Shown piece after piece: positions 61,989 to 64,000 of a stretch of DNA of 64,000 nucleotides (its first letter is position 1; each line of letters starts with the position of its first letter). The translations under genes and the position numbers were made by a program. Origin of the DNA: Moniliella sp. 'wahieum' (Eukaryota); assembly GCA_003971905.1 (NCBI GenBank), contig RSEE01000024.1, positions 558,001-622,000 on the forward strand. Direction: 5' to 3'. The notes under the pieces are model-generated. The model saw only the letters and a program-made list of their open reading frames with translations, had not been told where the DNA came from and did not search any database.

Positions 61989-63554
61989 ATGCCAGCCAAG
62001 CCAATAGGCGCGAGGGACAACCCACGCCCTGGCCCCCAACGCTCCACCAAGGCCCTCGGCAAATTCAAGATCCTGCCCGATGGCGCTGATGTGCCATCTG
62101 CCCCTCATCCACCACCCTCGGCCGACCCCGGTCCTTCCCCCGACGAAGACAGCAGCGACGACATGGACGACAACGACGAGCTCTCCGAGCAGCAGGCTTT
62201 CCTTGACCGCATCCCCGAGGGATCCATGCGGCGCGATGCGCGCCGCCTCACCCGCAAGGCCCGTGCCGAGCTCCCCCGTGTTACGGCGTATTCCACCGCT
62301 ACCTCCTACCGCATGGCCGACCTGGTTACCTGGCTCACCGCACGCAAGGCGACCCATCATACCAACCCAATGACGTTTGATGAGTGTGTCTATTCCACCT
62401 ACACGTACAAAACCATGCAAGACATTCTCAGTGGCACCAATAAACCGCATCCTCCCCCCCTTCCCCAGGCTAGTGCGGACAACCATCCGCCTCCCCGTCG
62501 CCCTCCACCTTACTGGCCTCCACCCACGGGCAATCTTATCGGAATTCCAGAACTGAGCGAGGAAGCTGAGGCTGAGGCGGAAGCTGAAGCGCAAGCTGAG
62601 CTCGCGGACGAAACACACGCATTGCTCAGTGGCCATGCAACCGACTCTGCTACCGAGAGCGGGACAGATCACTGGGCAAATGGCTTTGGCTTTGGAGAGG
62701 CGCGTGCTCTTGCCGTGGGCAAGGGGTTGGAACAGACCGTTAAACCGACCACCGAGGAAGCAGGCGAGCGCTTGGAGCATGCGCGGCGCCGTCGCCGCGA
62801 GCGTTTCGCCGTTGACAACCATATTCCCGAGGTCTTTTTTATGGAGTACGGGGCGGTGGTTATTTGGGGTATGACAGAACATGAGGAGCATCGTTTACTC
62901 CGAGAAATCCGCCGGTTCGAAGTGGAGCGGGTGGCATCCGATGACATTGAGTCGGAAGACCTAAACTGGTATTTGGCCGACTATTCCCGGATCTACAATG
63001 ATGTGATCACGCTGCGTAAGGGTAGTGGCTACATGACCAAACTTTCCCTTTCGCATGCTCTGGCTCAGTCGACCAAGATCTCGTTCTTTGAGGGGGTGAT
63101 TGACAACACAATTGACAGCACCAAGGATATTCCTCAATCGATCGCCGAGAGTGGTACCATTGGGCTCCCACCGAAGGATATCATGAAGCAGATTGGCCAC
63201 CTGTTCATCCTGCGTATGAATCTTCACCTTGTTGGCTCTATTGTCGACTCCCGAAATCTTTTGGGCACAACCTGATTTGGAACCGCTTTACTCGGCGGCT
63301 CGCTCCTATCTCGAAATTCCACAGCGGATCGATCTGCTCAACACGCGCGTGGAGGTGCTGCAAGACATGCTTCAACTACTTAAGGACCAAGTGTCCACGG
63401 TTCATTCCGAGTGGCTCGAAATTATCGTCATTGTGCTCATTATTGGGGAGATTGTGCTGGGTTGTGCGACCAGTATGTTGATATCTTTGTCATTTGCGTT
63501 ACAAAGTTGGATACTGACAGGACTGCTGTAGTGTTCGTCGACCTGTACGTTTGA
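61989..63554 (+). CDS. RMD1: Rmd1/DUF155-family protein; frameshift near 63250; intron 63473-63531
   Basis: GPQRSTK, LPRVTAYSTATSYR, EVFFMEYGAVVIWGM, RIYNDVITL, KLSLSHALAQSTKISFFE, IGHLFILRMNLHLVGS, PEIFW, ARSYLEIPQRIDLLNTR, LEIIVIVLI. Confidence 0.9.
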
Positions 63555-64000
63555 GTAGAGCTTTCCCCTCCTCCGTTTTCCCTCTGTATACCAATTATTT
63601 TTATCTTTTCCTGCTCCATATCAACGTTCCTGCTCCATGTCAACGTATCAGACTTGTACATTTTGTGCTTTCTGCATTCAGGGCCATTCACTCCGGTCCC
63701 ACGATGCAGCTGATGATCCGCGGCTCAGACGCCTACAACTTTGTACATCCTTGTCGTCTGCTCGAGCGTGCAATTTTCTGTGGGTGCGCTCAAATACCGG
63801 GATGACCATGTTGAGCCGCAACCTTCACACATTGCAACCGTAAAAACCAAAAAATGGTCGGATACCTTCAACTGTCGCGGGCCAGGAAGTGGCCACGGCT
63901 GAGTGAGCGCTCACGGTGAGCCTCACGCCGAGGTAGGCATGGCGAGGTACCACGGCTTGAAGAATCAAGCACAAAGGAAGGTCCAAAAGATTGAGGCAGC

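Overview
Eukaryotic, GC-rich, intron-poor fungal DNA. The short GT-AG introns, CTRAC-like branch points and protein sequences fit a basidiomycete yeast, possibly Ustilaginomycotina (inference). About 20 protein-coding genes are recognisable: D-lactate dehydrogenase, a DUF1748 protein, a CYSTM protein, a small secreted/membrane protein, a bacterial-type GH127/GH146 glycosidase, GPD1, an omega-amidase, STL1, ADE2, 14-3-3, a thioredoxin-fold protein, GPC1, a PIN4-like RRM-R3H protein, CreA/Mig1, aspartyl-tRNA synthetase, Scd6/Lsm14, RACK1, a SAPS protein, Rai1, RPS3 and Rmd1. There is also one intron-containing tRNA-Leu(AAG). Many conserved genes carry single-base frameshifts, most likely uncorrected assembly indels, so several gene ends are approximate. 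The most striking unexplained signal is non-coding. Nearly every intergenic region holds short arrays with a 7-bp period, built from palindromic hexamers of the form A-NNNN-T plus a 1-nt spacer. At least 11 different hexamers are used (ACCGGT, ACTAGT, AAGCTT, AACGTT, ACGCGT, ACATGT, ATGCAT, ATCGAT, AGGCCT, AGCGCT, AGATCT), and they often switch identity within an array while keeping the register. The arrays are densest in the long gene-free stretches upstream of STL1 and CreA. The second highlight is the intronless GH127/GH146 gene with a bacterial Ig-like domain, a horizontal-transfer candidate.
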